Shown here: one piece after another, positions 45,211-61,118 of the stretch
How positions within the stretch are numbered: position 1 is the first letter of the stretch
How the letters are laid out: every line of letters starts with the position of its first letter
Position numbers and translations under genes: made by a program
Notes under the pieces: model-generated
Told to the model about the DNA's origin: nothing
Seen by the model: the letters and a program-made list of their open reading frames with translations, nothing else
Databases searched by the model: none
NCBI RefSeq assembly: GCF_009914755.1
Contig: NC_060937.1
Length of the DNA: 64,000 bases
From: the human T2T-CHM13v2.0 reference genome, Homo sapiens
Strand: one strand, 5' to 3'

Positions 45211-45910
45211 GATCTAAAAATTTATAAACTTTTAGAGCAGTAAGAGAGACAAAAAGTAATTCCAGACAGAAGTGACACAATTAACAAACTATCACACATT
45301 AACAATGTATAGCTGGTAAACATATTAACTATCATGAATTTGCTCTGAAAATCACTGGAGGGAAGCACAGAATCTCAGTATTTGAGGGAACTACCTTCCA
45401 TCCTCTTAGCCTCACCTCTAATGTTAGCCACTGAAGGCAATATAAACTCAAAGATACACAATGTCAGACTAACTGTTGTAACAGAACAAAGTGGTAGTGT
45501 TGTGAGAATTTTCTGGAAAACATGAACAAATTTGTGAAGTGAGGAAAGGAAAGGAAAGAAAGTAGAAAAGAAGAAAAAATTTTAAAACATGGAAAAAGAA
45601 TAAAGATGGAGACGACAAAATACAGTGTTGGGGAAAAAGATCAAGAACATTAGAGAGAAAAATAAGATGAGAAAAGTGAAAAGAAGGAAGAAGACAATGG
45701 GGAATGAAAAATGTGTATATAATTTCTTTCTGTGGAATTTCTTTTGTAGGTACTTTAGGTGCCATTTAAGTTATAAATATGCTAGCCCCATTTGTGATGT
45801 TCCAGTTACAATATCGCAGGTTTAGGGAGAAGAGAGTTTTATAATATAAATTTTGAAGGACAACCTAAACTTTCTACTTTAAAAAACGTTTACTGATTTT
45901 TGATAAATGA

Positions 45911-46202
<292 letters not shown>

Positions 46203-48584
46203 TGAGAATGTATCTAAAAAGATATAGAAGAAAGGGGATGAATAAGATAGAGTTGCTTCTGGGAGAGACAGCTGGGAGACTAAGGAACGGTGATGAAAGG
46301 AAAAGTGACTTTTCACAAAATAATTTCCAAAACTTCTTTTGTTATTTACCATTTGAAAATCATAAATAGGTAAATTTGTGGAATAGTATTTAGTTATCAT
46401 TATTTTCAATAGAAATAGATAATGGCTGTCATTTTTTAGTAGGCACTTGTTTTTTGAATGAACTTGTTTGCTTTCTTAGCTGCTGGGTCTTTTAAACCAT
46501 ATTCCTGTCACTAGGTTTAAGTGACTTGATATGTCACTGACAACAAATAATTTGATCTACTCTCCATGTCAGAACAGCGAGGAACATCTTAGAATTCAAG
46601 GTTAAATTAAAGCAGATTATAAGATTGAGTGTCATTGTCATCTTCCCCATGTGCTTTCTGAAAGCAGTTCTTCAGATCATTAAAAAGAATAGAAAATTTT
46701 ATGAACAATTTCAAGGAGTGATTGTACAGCCATCTGGATTTCACAGCCTTGACTCAATTTACTCTTAATTATTGCTAACATACATTTATAAATTCTGAAA
46801 CTCTTGGATCCTATTTTGCTCCTTCTACATAAAAGCTAATTAATCATCTCTATGAAAATTACCCATCCATATGTGACATTATTTCTTTTTAAAAATACTT
46901 ACTTGGTTTTGCCAAGAATCCTGGAAAATTACCCATGCCAGTCACTAAAATGTTTCTTAGGCTGAGTGTCCTTTAGTCCCATACTCCACATTTTGTGGGA
47001 TCTTCTCACATGCCATAAAGCAGAGAACAGATTCCTATGTAAGTCCCTCAATCCTAGCAGGAAGTGAGGCAGGTTCTTTCCAGAGACATTTCCCATGTCA
47101 AAGCACCTTCCCAATAAGGACAGAACTAGTGTGTCAGTTTTAGAATAAACATTTATTTTACAATTCTCAGTACTCCAGTCCCTGTTTTAATAAATGGAGC
47201 AGATAGAATATATCTGCATGATACGAGCATCTACAAATCTGCTGCTCAGGTAATAATGCTCAACATGAATTTAAATGACATTCCACATTCAATGGCACTA
47301 AAAGAATATAAATAATGAAGTTTAAAATTGTTATAATTTTCTAATTTGTTTTCATTGTTGTAAAGTTAAAATAGTTAAAAAAATACCAAGTTCATATTCC
47401 TTATCATTATATGCTTATGGAAACTTCATATAAAAATAAACTCTTTGGGGATGAATTAAATATTTTAGCACCTTTCTAGAATTCTTACATGTACTGAGTT
47501 ATCCTAAACCTTTTAGTAATACTTAAGGCCAGGTCATTCATGTACAAAGTGCCAAATTTTTGATCAAACAATTTGAGTTCTGTCAGTGATCTTTGATTGA
47601 AAAATAGTCTGAAAATCCTATCATAAAATTACACTCTGACAAAAAGCTAATTAACAAGTAATGTATGTTTAATTGACTATAGAGAGAATATTTTAGTAGT
47701 CTAACCAGTGTTCTTCTAATTCTCTTCCTCCTATTTCTTAGCAAATTATTATGAAATGATCAAATTTGAATGCCTTTAAAATAAATTCTTTATGTGATAG
47801 CTATACTATGTTATATTACGTGTAATAAAGTCTTCCCCAAAACATTTACTAATATAATACTTTCTATGATATGTCGATAGATCTTTTTAGGCTAGTGTAC
47901 TCTTTTGCACTACATATTTAGGCAGCAATTTGAAGCAATATATCACATTAAATAGTAGCACCTCAAGGTATATACACTGATGCAAAGCACAATAAATAAT
48001 CCTGACCACTTTCCTTAGTTCTGTAGGTTCTTCTCCTATATAAAAGACTGCTGGCATTTATACAGATCAGCCAAATGTCAATTAAGTTAATGTTTACCAG
48101 TCAAATTCATTTTAAAAAATCAAGCAAAAAATTAAAGAAATAGAGTTCAAGGGTGATAGATATACATGGCTATACATAGTTCAGCATATTATGTTTCTAT
48201 ATTAGAAGTAAGACAAAGTAGATACTACAATCCTCTGGCTTAAATGTATTAACTGAATAGTTTGTATTCTATTTTATTAATTTTTCATATGAAATGATAG
48301 TCAATAAAATTTTAATATAAGCAATTTACATTTGTGTTTGTGTGTGTGTACACAGAGACTTCCTTTAACTCTGTTATTTCCATAATAAAAAGAATAGTAA
48401 ATTTTAAACAAGACACTCATAACTAGTTTGAATTGGTTATCTTTATTCAAGTTACAGAAAGTGCTAGAAATATATTATAGTATGGCTTCTCAAATTCCTA
48501 TATAGTAGAAACACTAGAACATAAAAGATGTTGTTGTGGGCTTTTCCAGTGTAATGAAGTATTTGTAAATTAGGTAATTTCTAA

Positions 48585-48967
<383 letters not shown>

Positions 48968-49171
48968 TTATAGTTTCCTTCATAAAACTTGATGTTTGAT
49001 GTTTTGTGAACATATGCAAACATTTGAACTATAAATATCAATAATAATTTTTATTTTAGTCAAAAAGCAGCCAAAAAGGAAGCACAGGTTATCACTCTAA
49101 ATAATGTAAACATTTACATATATGTATAAGAAGTAATATCTATGTAAGAATTAGGATCTGACAAACTAGAT

Positions 49172-49486
49172 GTATTTACTTATTAATTTTGAGACAGAGT
49201 CCCTCCCTGTTGCCCAGGCTAAAGTGTGATGGAACAATCTCGGCTCACTGCAACCTCTGCCTCCTGGGTTCAAGTGCTTCTCATGCCTCAGCTTCCTGAG
49301 TAGCTGGGAGTACAGACATGCACCACCACACACGGCTAATTTTTGTATTTTCAGTAGAGATAGGGTTTCACCATTGTGCCCAGACTGGTCTCAAACTCCT
49401 GGTCTCAAACTCCTGGTCTCATGTGACCCACCCACCTCAGCATCCTAAAGTGCTGGGATTACAGGCATGAGCCACCGTGCCTGGCC
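49172..49486 (-). mobile_element. Old Alu (Jb/early S) with internal 14-bp duplication
   Basis: Dimer; ctggtctcaaactc is repeated at ~49385-49412. Confidence 0.9.
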
Positions 49487-51619
49487 TAACTGTGTGTGTT
49501 TAAATGGCAGGAGAGCTTATTGAAAGGTTATTAAATTTCAATTTATTATTTACATTTCATGTTTTTCATAACATTCATTAACTAGGTATAGTACATTAAT
49601 TTCCTGAAGTTAAAGGAATAGAATTTTATAAAGCATAAACTGCATTAAGGTAACATGAATATTTAATCCTTACAATTTTATAATAGTTGACCATACTCTA
49701 ATTGAAATTGCTCCTGTGTAGTGACATTGGCTAAATTCAAAGTTCTCTTCTTTCCCGTGCATCTCAAAACAGATTGGCATAATCAGTGTTGTAAGCAGTA
49801 GAGCACCCTAATGAGTGTAGTCCTGTCAAAATGACTCTACTTATTTGAAATTACTAGAATCAGCAGCTACTCTCTAGAGGAAATAAATAGAAACCACAGA
49901 GAACTCAACACTGCTATTATTTGTACATACTAGAATCAAATAAATAGGTAATATCATTTATTTTATGTAACTATGGGGGTTTGATCACATGTATGTTATG
50001 ATCTTTGAAAAGATTCTAGCTTACTAGAAATCTAAGTAAGAGATCTCTATGCTTCTGCCAAAAATTTTGGTTTAGTATCTGCCACAGTAATTTCCAAATT
50101 TGGAACAGGTAGTGTAACCTTGAAATTATTGGAGCCACTTTACTTTTAGTCATTTCATTAGGAAATATGAGAGGTGAACACAGTGTGCCACCTTCACCAT
50201 CATTTAATGCACCATTGTATATTTTGACTACTCTCCTGATTGATATAAATATTTACATACTTTATTGTGTACAATTTATAAAACTTAATCCTAACTAACT
50301 CTACATTTACATTTTTGATAGTATGTGACTTTATAATGTATAAAATCATTTTAGTAGAAGAGAAATTATTTGGTGATGTGTAGATAAAAGGAATGTGAAC
50401 ATAAATGTTTTAATTTTTAATCACTTATTTTTGCATATGCAGCTATAATATATTCTTAAAGCAAATAATTGAGTCTTTTCTTCATGGTATACACATATGT
50501 ATTTTTTATTTTTTCATTGTGATGAAATGCACATATTGTAAAATTTACTATCTTGTTCCATTTTTAAATGTACAGTTCAGGGATATTAAATACATGAGGG
50601 TTGTCTAAAATCACAATAATTTGCAGAATTTATAATAAGAATAGAGCAACTAGGATTTGAGCTTATGAGCTTGCATTTAAATAGAGTGAAATCTTTATCT
50701 ATACTAAAAAAACAGCATTTAGTTGTGGCAAAGATCTCACTATGACTTTGTTATATATTACAAAAATAGGTGGAAATATATAAAATTGTCAGTTTAAAAT
50801 AAAATGTATATAACATTTAGAAATTTCAATCCATTTGAGCATGAAGTGATCTAACTTATTCTTAAAATACTCAAAAGTGCTCTAATAATTGACCAAGTTT
50901 ACTAAAATCATAGAGAGCAAATTTGTCCTTCAAACGTAAACCTTTAAAAAAATAATGTGGAAGATATTCACACGATAAGAGAGGTAAATTGAGGTAGAAT
51001 AAAACAACTGGGGAGGAATAAAGGGAAAATCCAAAACTGAGTCAGCCTTTTTCTGCTTTAGGAGAAGACAAGAGAAGAAAGCTCATTTTTATCTTTTGAG
51101 AGAATCAATCAAGTAGTATTTGGTAGAAAGGCAGACACAAATCATTATTCATTCCTTTGTCATTCTGGGGAAAAGTTAAAAATCTAAATATCTATTTTAC
51201 CTTTAAAGTAGATACCTAAATTTATCTATTTTAGGTATTTTAAATGTCTATCTTTACCTATTTAATAGGAATTCCTCAGGATTATCCAGTAGGAATTCTA
51301 CCAGATTATCCAGTAGAAATCCGGTAGGTTTCCCTCCAAGTTCAAATTCTTATTTTGGGGACAGAGTCAGCTACAATATTTATAGAAATTAGGAAAGGCT
51401 TATATATAAAACTGATACACTTTCTATTGAGTTTTGATCACAACTACATTTTATCAATCTGAATATTTCTGGACTAAAACTATTATAGTCAATTTTCAAA
51501 TGCCAATACCAATAAATGTGAAAAATATTTTATTCATAGTATTGTTAAATATGTATTGCTAAATATTTCTTGAACTATATAATTATATTGGTTAATATAA
51601 ATGTTTCATTTTAAAGAAA

Positions 51620-52440
51620 AATCTGATTATATCTTTTTCTCACTTAAAATTCTCCCACGTTGATGAAATGTTCATGCACTTAAAACTTAACAAGCCTTAC
51701 TAAGACCCTTATGCTTTTACCCCATCCAGGGTTGCGTTGGCGTTTTCAGGAAGTTTTATGATTTTGCTTGTTTCTGGTTTTTAAACAACCTCCACCTGGT
51801 GCTTTCCCTTGCGTTATTTCTCTGGATAACTCCCGTGTGTTTTTTAGGTCATAGATTATCCTCTATATCATTCTTAAAACTTTATTTTACCCTTTAAGTT
51901 AGGATGAAGTGCCACTTAAAATTGTTCCCATGACAACCTATACAAATGTCCATGGTAACATCAAGATTTTCTAAATCACGCTAGCTCTGTTAAACTAGAA
52001 AAACGTCGAAATAATGTGAGAGCCTTACTGTGTAACACAGCTAATCATTTTCAATTATTTATTTATTTATTACTATTTTCAGAAGGTAGTAAGTTGGCAT
52101 AGCTCTTCGAGTAATATCACAGTCAATATTCCAATTCCTAGATTGTGCTTAGGTAGGTAAATAACATACCTATGAATTCTTTCACTTTATATTGATATAT
52201 ATCTTGCATGCATAATTTAACACTCTCCAAACCCTTTGTTTCCTTTACAACATACATAACATTCCATATTGCTGTATACATAAACGTATGTCAGACATCT
52301 TCTCTATTGGAGGAAATGACATCTCCTTATTTATCACTGCACACCTTTTTCATCAGACTGCTTCTGAAAGTGACTGGTCCAATGCCTTGCACTTGGCACT
52401 CAGTGAATATTTGTTGAACTGAATCAAATTGAATTGAATA
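51620..52440 (+). mobile_element. L2 fragments including the 3' terminus
   Basis: ggcactcagtgaatatttgttgaactgaat...gaattgaat L2 tail at 52395-52440; upstream pieces are weak. Confidence 0.5.
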
Positions 52441-52974
52441 TGGGTCAGTCGTCAGGTTTCATAATATCACTCTTCCATGCAGTTAAAGTTCAGTTACAGA
52501 GTCATAGATTCTTCAAGCTTTTCCTCAAAATGGTATGATGACAAGAAAGATGATACATTTGTCATGATAATGATATTTTTATGGAAATGCATATTTTTAT
52601 CTTAGTCTAGTTGCTTTATTATACAGCAGTTTTCTACCAAGAGAATATATAGAGTTTTTAATCTGAGCCTATTTTTTATAGCCTCCACCTTCTGCAGCTT
52701 GACAACTTTCACATTATGTAGTCCTTTGTCATAAAACCAAATCTCTGGTTGCCATTACTGTTATTACACAGCTCATAGAAGCATAGTGATAGATCTTCAG
52801 AAGGGTCAACTACATAGCAAGGAGTTCATCAAGAAGCTCTGAAACCAATTCTAAAAGAATGTGCTTCCAAGAAAGGAATGTTCTATCACACTTTGTAAAC
52901 ATTATTCTACATATAGAATTTAGAATTATTTACATATAGCCCTTTAGAAGAATTCCATTAATTAAAAAAAAATA

Positions 52975-53244
<270 letters not shown>

Positions 53245-55349
53245 TTAATTTATTTTTTACTGCTTTACCAAATGCACATTATATTTTTTGAAAGGTTTGT
53301 TTTTGATTATGGATTCTGATTATTAACTGGTTTTATACAGGTGAGCTTGTCACATAGCTGTTTTTCTATGGCAATTGAGTAGCGTTTATAAGATTAGTAA
53401 ACATTAAGGTGTATTAAAAAATTTAGGACATCTATTTTTGAAATTTTATTGTTTCTTTAAATTAATTTTAAAGCTTATGAATAATTTATAAATTATAAAG
53501 TGAAAAGTGTGCCCAAACTAGTAAACAATAGAATTCAAAAATAGAAATGATTATAGAATTGAATTACTGATGTTTAATATTTGTCTCCTTAAAAGAGCTA
53601 AGAGATTTATTTATAAAGTATAGAAATTGAAGAAGGTAGTACTGATGTAATAAATGGAATGCCAGATCTGATCCCACTTTTTAATGACTTTTTCTCAAAT
53701 ATAATATTTGCTGGTAGAGCTTTGTAGCAATATTTGAATGATCAGAAGAAACCTAGCAGATTCACTTGGGTGACCTGTGTTGATTCTTTTACCAGTTGCC
53801 AATAGTATGATAATGTCTAAAATTGTGGGTACTTAAAGAAGGTGAATATATTTTCACTATAGGGAAGAGTCTCTGTGAAAGTCTGCAAGACTGGCTTCTG
53901 AGAATTAGGTGATTCTATCATAATGTTTATAGCAGGTATTATATAGGCATTAAATAGGCATTTATCTTCAAAAATTTGATTCCTTCTTTAACTGGTAATC
54001 TGGAAGTGATGAGAGATAAAAAGATAAATTATTTCCAAAGTGATATTAACCTTCAAAAACGGGTTGTGTCCTATATGATGTGGCTTTACATTATATTACA
54101 GAAATATGATTACAGAAATGTTCCTTAAATAACTCCATCATAGTACCTAAATTTACCTGAAGTAGATCAGGGGGTAAAAATAGGAACATGTAAATATGGA
54201 AAGAAAAGAATAAATATTTTTGGATTAAAGACATAGTACCTGTTTCAGCACAGCTTCCTTTGAATAGAGAAAATCTATTATTAATTCCACAGCTGTGGTA
54301 ATTTATAGCTGTATATACAGAAAGTTTCCCTTAGCTCTTCCTGGTTTTGGCTTGTGTCCTAGTGCAAAGATTGAAAAGGAATATAATTTCTAATTATGTC
54401 TGAATATGACTTCTAATTAATGATGGTAATTTGGCCATATGTGTTTAATTTTTTTCCCTTTCGAAGAATCTTTAGTAAAAATAAAGTTTAAGGCATCAGC
54501 ATATATGGAAAAATGGGACTATAAAACAGGATTTGCCACAAACAGGCTTAATACTTTAATGCAAAAGGCTGATTTGTGGCTAAGGAAACTTTCTGATAAC
54601 AAGCAAAATTCTACATGATGAACAGTGAACCTAATCACTCACTATACTATTTTTTTATATTAAGAATGGCAACAGCCAAGAGATTTGTCTCTAGACAAAG
54701 ACAGCTGGAATCACAGGGGAAAAATACATTAAGTGTGTCTGGTGGTCACTCTCATCACGAACTAAAAGCCGACAGGTGTTTCCTCTGAAAACAAACTTTC
54801 GATCAAAGTTTTCATGTCTTACTCTTCCATATAAAGTGAACTAAGCAAGAGCTAAATATCACAGTATTTTAGGGAATAATCTAACAAGAAAGTGTCAAAA
54901 AACCCAAAACCATTCCATAACAAAATAAACTTGGAGAAAACAGAGCCATTCTTGCGTGCAGAAAGTAACTAAAAACAAACAAATGAACAAATATATATCT
55001 ATGTCATAAGAAATAAAGGAGAACAAAAACAATATAAAATGTAAAAAGTATATTAGTTAGAGAATGGAAACACTCTCCTGAGAAACTAAGTACATACGCT
55101 TGTCAAATAAACTGCTATAAATCTTAAAGGATGATTTTAAGGAATTTTCCCTGAGCTGATGATAAGTCTACCGGCTCTGGCAGAAGAAAATGGTAAAACT
55201 ACTTTGAAGGGACAGCTCTATGAGTAAATACTATGTGCGCATAGAGGGGATTCATCATTAGTATTCACTAAAAATGTGGGTTGATACTCCACAATCTTAA
55301 AAAAATAAACCTATCTGAATGAGACTATTCAGATTAATAAGATTCTATT

Positions 55350-56780
55350 AATCAGATATATGAGTTTTTTATGATAGTGAAAAATAACACAAATTTAAGA
55401 AAGGTAGTCAAAAGTAACTTTTAGAAATAAAAATATTTTTATTAAAAAGAAAAACTAGTGGAGAATTAAACAGACTCCATGCAGCAGAAAAAAGAATTAA
55501 TGAAGAAGAATATAAAGCAGAAAATTACTTCCTATATTCAGGTGGTACAGAGATTTTACGCATGCATACACACACACATAAATTTTAAACTTGCTAAGAA
55601 ATTTGGAAGATGGAACTAAGTAGTTCAGCAATTCTTTGTGTGTAGCTTTAAAATAAAGAAACTAGGCAATAAAAACAGAAATATTGTACAAGAATAATCT
55701 AGTGTTCAAGGAGCTCTTGAAGGAAAAAAAGTATAAGTATTTAACTAATCCAGGAGGTCAAATATTAGAATAATTTGGGAGATTCAGGAATCACAGATAA
55801 TCCAGAGAGAAGCAAATAGTAATGAAGTAATTTAAGAACATTTGACAGGATTCATATGAAGTTATATCTAAATTTAAAGGGCTTATTTAATGCTGTCTGT
55901 AATATAAGGAAAGGGGGAAGAACCGCCAAATGGTATTATTACAATATTTTAGAATGCTAGAAATGCTAACATCTTCCAGGAAGACAGAATAAAAGGTACC
56001 TAGGTTAAAATGAGAAACAAAATAATATGTGGATCATAAAAAGTAGCATTGAAATAAAAAAAAAAGAGGCCTATGAGCAATGGCCTCAAAATTCTGAGAG
56101 AAAATTAGAATTTTTAACTTAGCCAATTTATTAATTAGATAAATTTTTAGATAATTAAAGATTCAGATTTGTGATTTTCTTTTCTTAGAAAGAAATAAGG
56201 AACACTCTTCACCAAATGAATAGGAAGCAAAAATTAAGGAAGACACAGGATTCGGGAAATGGGACAAGCAGGCAAGAGAAATCTGAGAATAATGAATATG
56301 AAAGAATCTGACAAAAACCAGTAAATTTTAAAGGAGGAGAATAAAGAATAACTAAGAATGTTACAAAAAGATATCAAAATGACAATGAGGAAATTGTCAA
56401 TCTCATGATAAATATAGGAAATTTATCATTTAGCCCTCTACTGTACAGTATTTATATAGTCATAGTAATATAAACACATACTAATGATTCAGTTAAAATT
56501 AGAATCTAATTACCCAAGGAATTGGAGGAGAAATACATGGCAAAGTTGAAATAAAGATAATCTTCATTTCTTACAACGTGACACCAGTAAATAAAATTTA
56601 AAACGTCTAAATTAAAAATAAATAAATAAATAGAAATATTTTACTTAGAAATATGGAGGTGAAGCCTACTAAAGAACAGTAAAAAATTGGAAAGTTTTGG
56701 TTTTGGGAGCAAGACTAAGATGAGGTGACTTGCTATGATTCTATCATTCATTACAAAATTGTTAGTAATGTTGTATTAAT
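55350..56780 (+). mobile_element. Ancient HAL1/L1ME-like fragment (ORF1-like, A-rich)
   Basis: gaattaaacagact...gaaaaaagaattaatgaa; gcaatggcctcaaaattctgagagaaaa; aaggaagacacaggattc. Confidence 0.5.
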
Positions 56781-56954
56781 TAAACTATGTTTATTCATCC
56801 TATTGATGAGATTGTAGACTTTTTGGATACAAAATTTAATGAATCAAGCTGCCAATTTTTGTTGTTCTTGTGATTGCTTTTGAGGACTTAGTCATAAATT
56901 CTTTCCCAAAGCTGATGTTCAGAATGACGTTTCCTAGGTTTTTTTCTAGGATTC

Positions 56955-59213
56955 TGTATTAGTCCATTTTTATGCTTTCATACCTGAGACTGGGAAGAAA
57001 AAGAGGTTTAACTGGACTTACAGTTCCACATGGTTGGGGAGGCCTCAGAATCATGGCAGGAGGCAAAAGGTACTTCTTACATGGTGGTGGCAAGAGAAAA
57101 TGAGGCAGATACAAAAGTGGAAGCTGGAAGCCCTTGATGAAACCATCAGATCTTTTGGGACTTATTAACTACCACGAGAATGGAATGGGGAAACCTGTCC
57201 CCATGATTCAAATTATCTCCCACTGGGTCCCTTCCACAACACATGGAAATTATGGTTACAATTCAAGATGAGATTTGAGTGGGGACACATAGCCAAACCA
57301 TGTCATTCTGCCCCTGGCCTCTCCAAATCTCATGTCCTCACATTTCAAAATCAATCATGCTGTCCCAACAGTCCACCAAAGCCTTAACTTATTTCATTGT
57401 TAACCCAAAAGTCCACAGTCCAAAGTCTTATCTGAGACGAGGCAAGTCCCTTCTCCCTACGAGCCTATAAAATAAAAAGCAAGCTAGTTACTTCCTAGAT
57501 ACAATGGGCATACAGGTATTGGGTAAATACAGCCGTTCTAAATGGGAGAAATTTGTAGGGCCCATGCAGGTCTGAAATCCAGAGGATTTAAAAGCTCCAA
57601 AATGATCTCCTTTGACTCCAGGTCTCACATCCAGGTCACCCTGATGCAAGAGGTGAGTTCCCACGGTCTTGGGCAGCTCCGCCATGTGGCTTTGCAGGGT
57701 AGAGTCTCCCTCCCAGATGCTTTCACAGGCTGGCATTTAGTGTCTGCAGCTTTTCCAGGGGCATGGTGCAAGCTGTTGGTGGATCTACCATTTTGGGGTC
57801 TGGAGGACGGTGGCCCTCTTATCACAGCTCCACTAGGTGGTGCCCCAATAGGGACTCTGTGTGGGGGCTCTGACCCCACGTTTCCCTTCCACACTACCCT
57901 AGCAGAGGTTCTCCATGAGTGCCCCATCCCTAAAGTAAACTTCTGCCTAGGGATCCAGGCGTTTCTATACATCTTCTGAAATCTAGGTGAAGGTTCCCAA
58001 ACCCGAATTCTTGACTTCCGTGCACTTGCAAGCTGAACAACACATGGTAGCTCCCAAGGCTTGGGGCTTGCACCCTCTGAAGCCATGGCCAGAGGTCTAT
58101 ATTGGCCCCTTTCAGCCACAGCTGGAGCAGGTGGAACACAGGGCACCAAGTCCCTAGGCTACACACAGAATGGGGACCCTGGGCCCAGCACAGGAAACTG
58201 TTTTCTCCTAGGCCTCCAGGCTGTGATGGGATGGGCTGCCCTGATGACCTCTGACATGCCCTGGAGACATTTTCCCCATGGTCTTGGGGATTCACATTAA
58301 GCTCCTCCTTACTTTTGTAAATTTCTGCAGCAGGCTTGAATTTCTCCTCAGAAAATGGGGTTTTCTTTTCTGTCACACTGTCATGCTGCAAATTTTCCAA
58401 ACGTTTATGCTGTGCTTCCTTTATAAAAGTAAATGCCTTTAACAGCCCCCAAATCACCTCTTGAATGCTTTTCTGCTTAGAAATTTCTTCTGCCAGATAC
58501 CCTAAATCATCTCTCTCAAGTTCAAAGTTCCACAAATCTCTAGGGCAGGGGTAAAATGCCTCCAGTCTCTTTGCTGTAACAAGAGTCACCTTTGCTACAG
58601 TTCCCAACAAGTTCCTCATCTCCATCTGAGACCAACTCAGTCTAGACTTAATTGTCCATATTTCTATCAGACTTTTGATCAAAGCCATTCAACAAATCTC
58701 TAGGAAGTTTCAAACTTTCCCACATTTTCCTGTCTTCTTCTGAGCCCAACAAACTGTTCCGACCTCTGCCTGTTATCCACTTCCAAAGTCACTTCCACAT
58801 TTTTGGGTACCCTTTCAGCAACGCCCCACTCTATTGGTATCAATTTACTGTATTAGTCTGCTTTCACACTGCTGATGAAGACATACCCGAGACTGGGAAG
58901 AAAAGAGGTTTAACTGGATTTACAGTTCCACATGGCTGGAGAGGCTTCAGAATCATGGCGGGAGGCAAAAAGTACCTGTTACATGGCAGCGGCAAGAGAA
59001 AATGAGGAAGATTCAAAAGCAGAAACCCTGATAAAATCATCAGATCTTCTGTGACTTATTCACTGCCATGAGAACCATGGTAGTCGTTCCTCATGGGGGA
59101 AACCACCCCCATGATTCAAATTCTCTCCCACTGGGTCCCTCCCACAACAGGTGGAAATTATGAGAGTCCAAAACAAGATGAGATTTGTGTGGGGACACAG
59201 AACCAAACCATAT
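56955..59213 (-). mobile_element. THE1 (THE1A-like) provirus with two LTRs (56955-57305, 58849-59213)
   Basis: Both LTRs start tgtattagtc on the plus strand; MaLR-int ORF remnant CPRDLWNFELERDDLGYLAEEISK. Confidence 0.93.
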
Positions 59214-60661
59214 AGTTTGAAACCTTAAATTTAACTCTTTAATTCATCTTGAGTTAATTTTTGTATCTGGTGAAAGGTAGGGGTCTTATTTAATTTTTTC
59301 TGCATATGGATAGCCACCTGTCCCAACACCATTTATGGAATAGCAAATTGTTTCCCCATTGCTTATTTGTTGACTTTGCTAAAAACCAGATGACTGTAGG
59401 TGTGTGATTTTATTTCTGAGTTCTCTATTCTGTTCTATTGCTGTATAACTCTGTATTTGTACCAGTACCATGCTGTTTTGGTTAGTGTCACTTTATAGTT
59501 TAGTTTAGTGTTGGGTAGTGTGATGCCTCAGCTTTGTTCTTTTTGATTAGGTTGCTTTGGCTATTCAAGCTCTTTTGTGGTTCCATATGAACTCAAGGAT
59601 AAATATATTTTTTATTCCTAGTTCTGTGAAAAATGAGGTCAGTAGTTTGATAGAAACGATGTTGAATCTGTAAATTGCCTTTGGCAGTTGGGCCATTTTA
59701 ATGAGATTGATTCTTTCAATTCATAACCACTAGATTGTTTTCCCATTTATTTACGTCATCTGATTTCTTTCAGTGTTTTCTAATTTTTCTTGTAGAGCTC
59801 TTTTATCTCCTTGTTAGATCTATTTCTCAATATTTTATTTTTTAATGGCTATTTTAAATGGGATTGAGTTCCTGATAGGGCTCTCAGCTTGAATGTTATT
59901 GGGGTATAAAAATGCTATTGATTTTTGAACATGGATTTTGTACCTTGAAATTGTATCAGTTCCAAGAGCCTTTTGGCAGAGTCTTTAGGGTTTCCATACC
60001 TATTCTAAGTATAGAATCATATCATCCAGGAAGAATGATAGTTTGACTTCTTTTCCTATTTGGACACCTTTTATGCCTGATTGCTCTGGCTAGCACTTCC
60101 AATACTGTGTTGAATAGGAGTGGTGAAAATGGACATTCTTGTTTTGTTCCAGTTCACAAGGGGAATGTTTATGGTTTTTGCCCATTAAGTAGGGTGTAGG
60201 CTGTGGGTTTGTCATAGATGGCTCTCACTATGTTACTTTGATGCTGCTTTCTTGAGGGTTGTTATCAGGAAGGAATGTTCGATTTTACCCAAAAACATTT
60301 CTATGTCTATTGAGATGATCAACTTTTGTTTTTAATTCTTTTTATGTGGTGAATCACATTTATTGATTTGCATATGTTGAACCAATCTTGCATCCTAGGA
60401 ATGAAGCCTACTTGAACATAGTGAATTAACATCTGATCTGCTGTTGTATTCAGTGTGATAGTATTTTCATGACGATTTTTTTTGCATCTATGTTCATCAG
60501 GGATATTAGCCAGTAGTTTACATTTTCCATTGTGTCTTTAGTATGTTTTGGTATTAGGGTGATGCTGGCTTCACAGAATGAGTTAAGTAAGAGTACTTCC
60601 TCCTGGATTTTTGAAATAGTTTCAGTAGAATTGGTACCAGATCTTTTTTGTACATCTGTTA

Positions 60662-60973
<312 letters not shown>

Positions 60974-61118
60974 TTAAATGATAAGTGTATTTTACCAAGC
61001 TGCATTACAATATCTTTGGGTTTATGCAATGAAAAAGAAAACAATGTCTTTTTACTTTTCATTGATTTCAAATAGTTAAAAGTATCTTTTTAATTTTTAG
61101 AAAAAAATGTTCAAAGTT

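Noticed and set aside
57930-58688. 252-aa and other ORFs in THE1 internal regions (also 8.8-10.1 kb and 34-35.3 kb)
   Set aside because: Frameshifted remnants of the MaLR internal ORF, not host genes.
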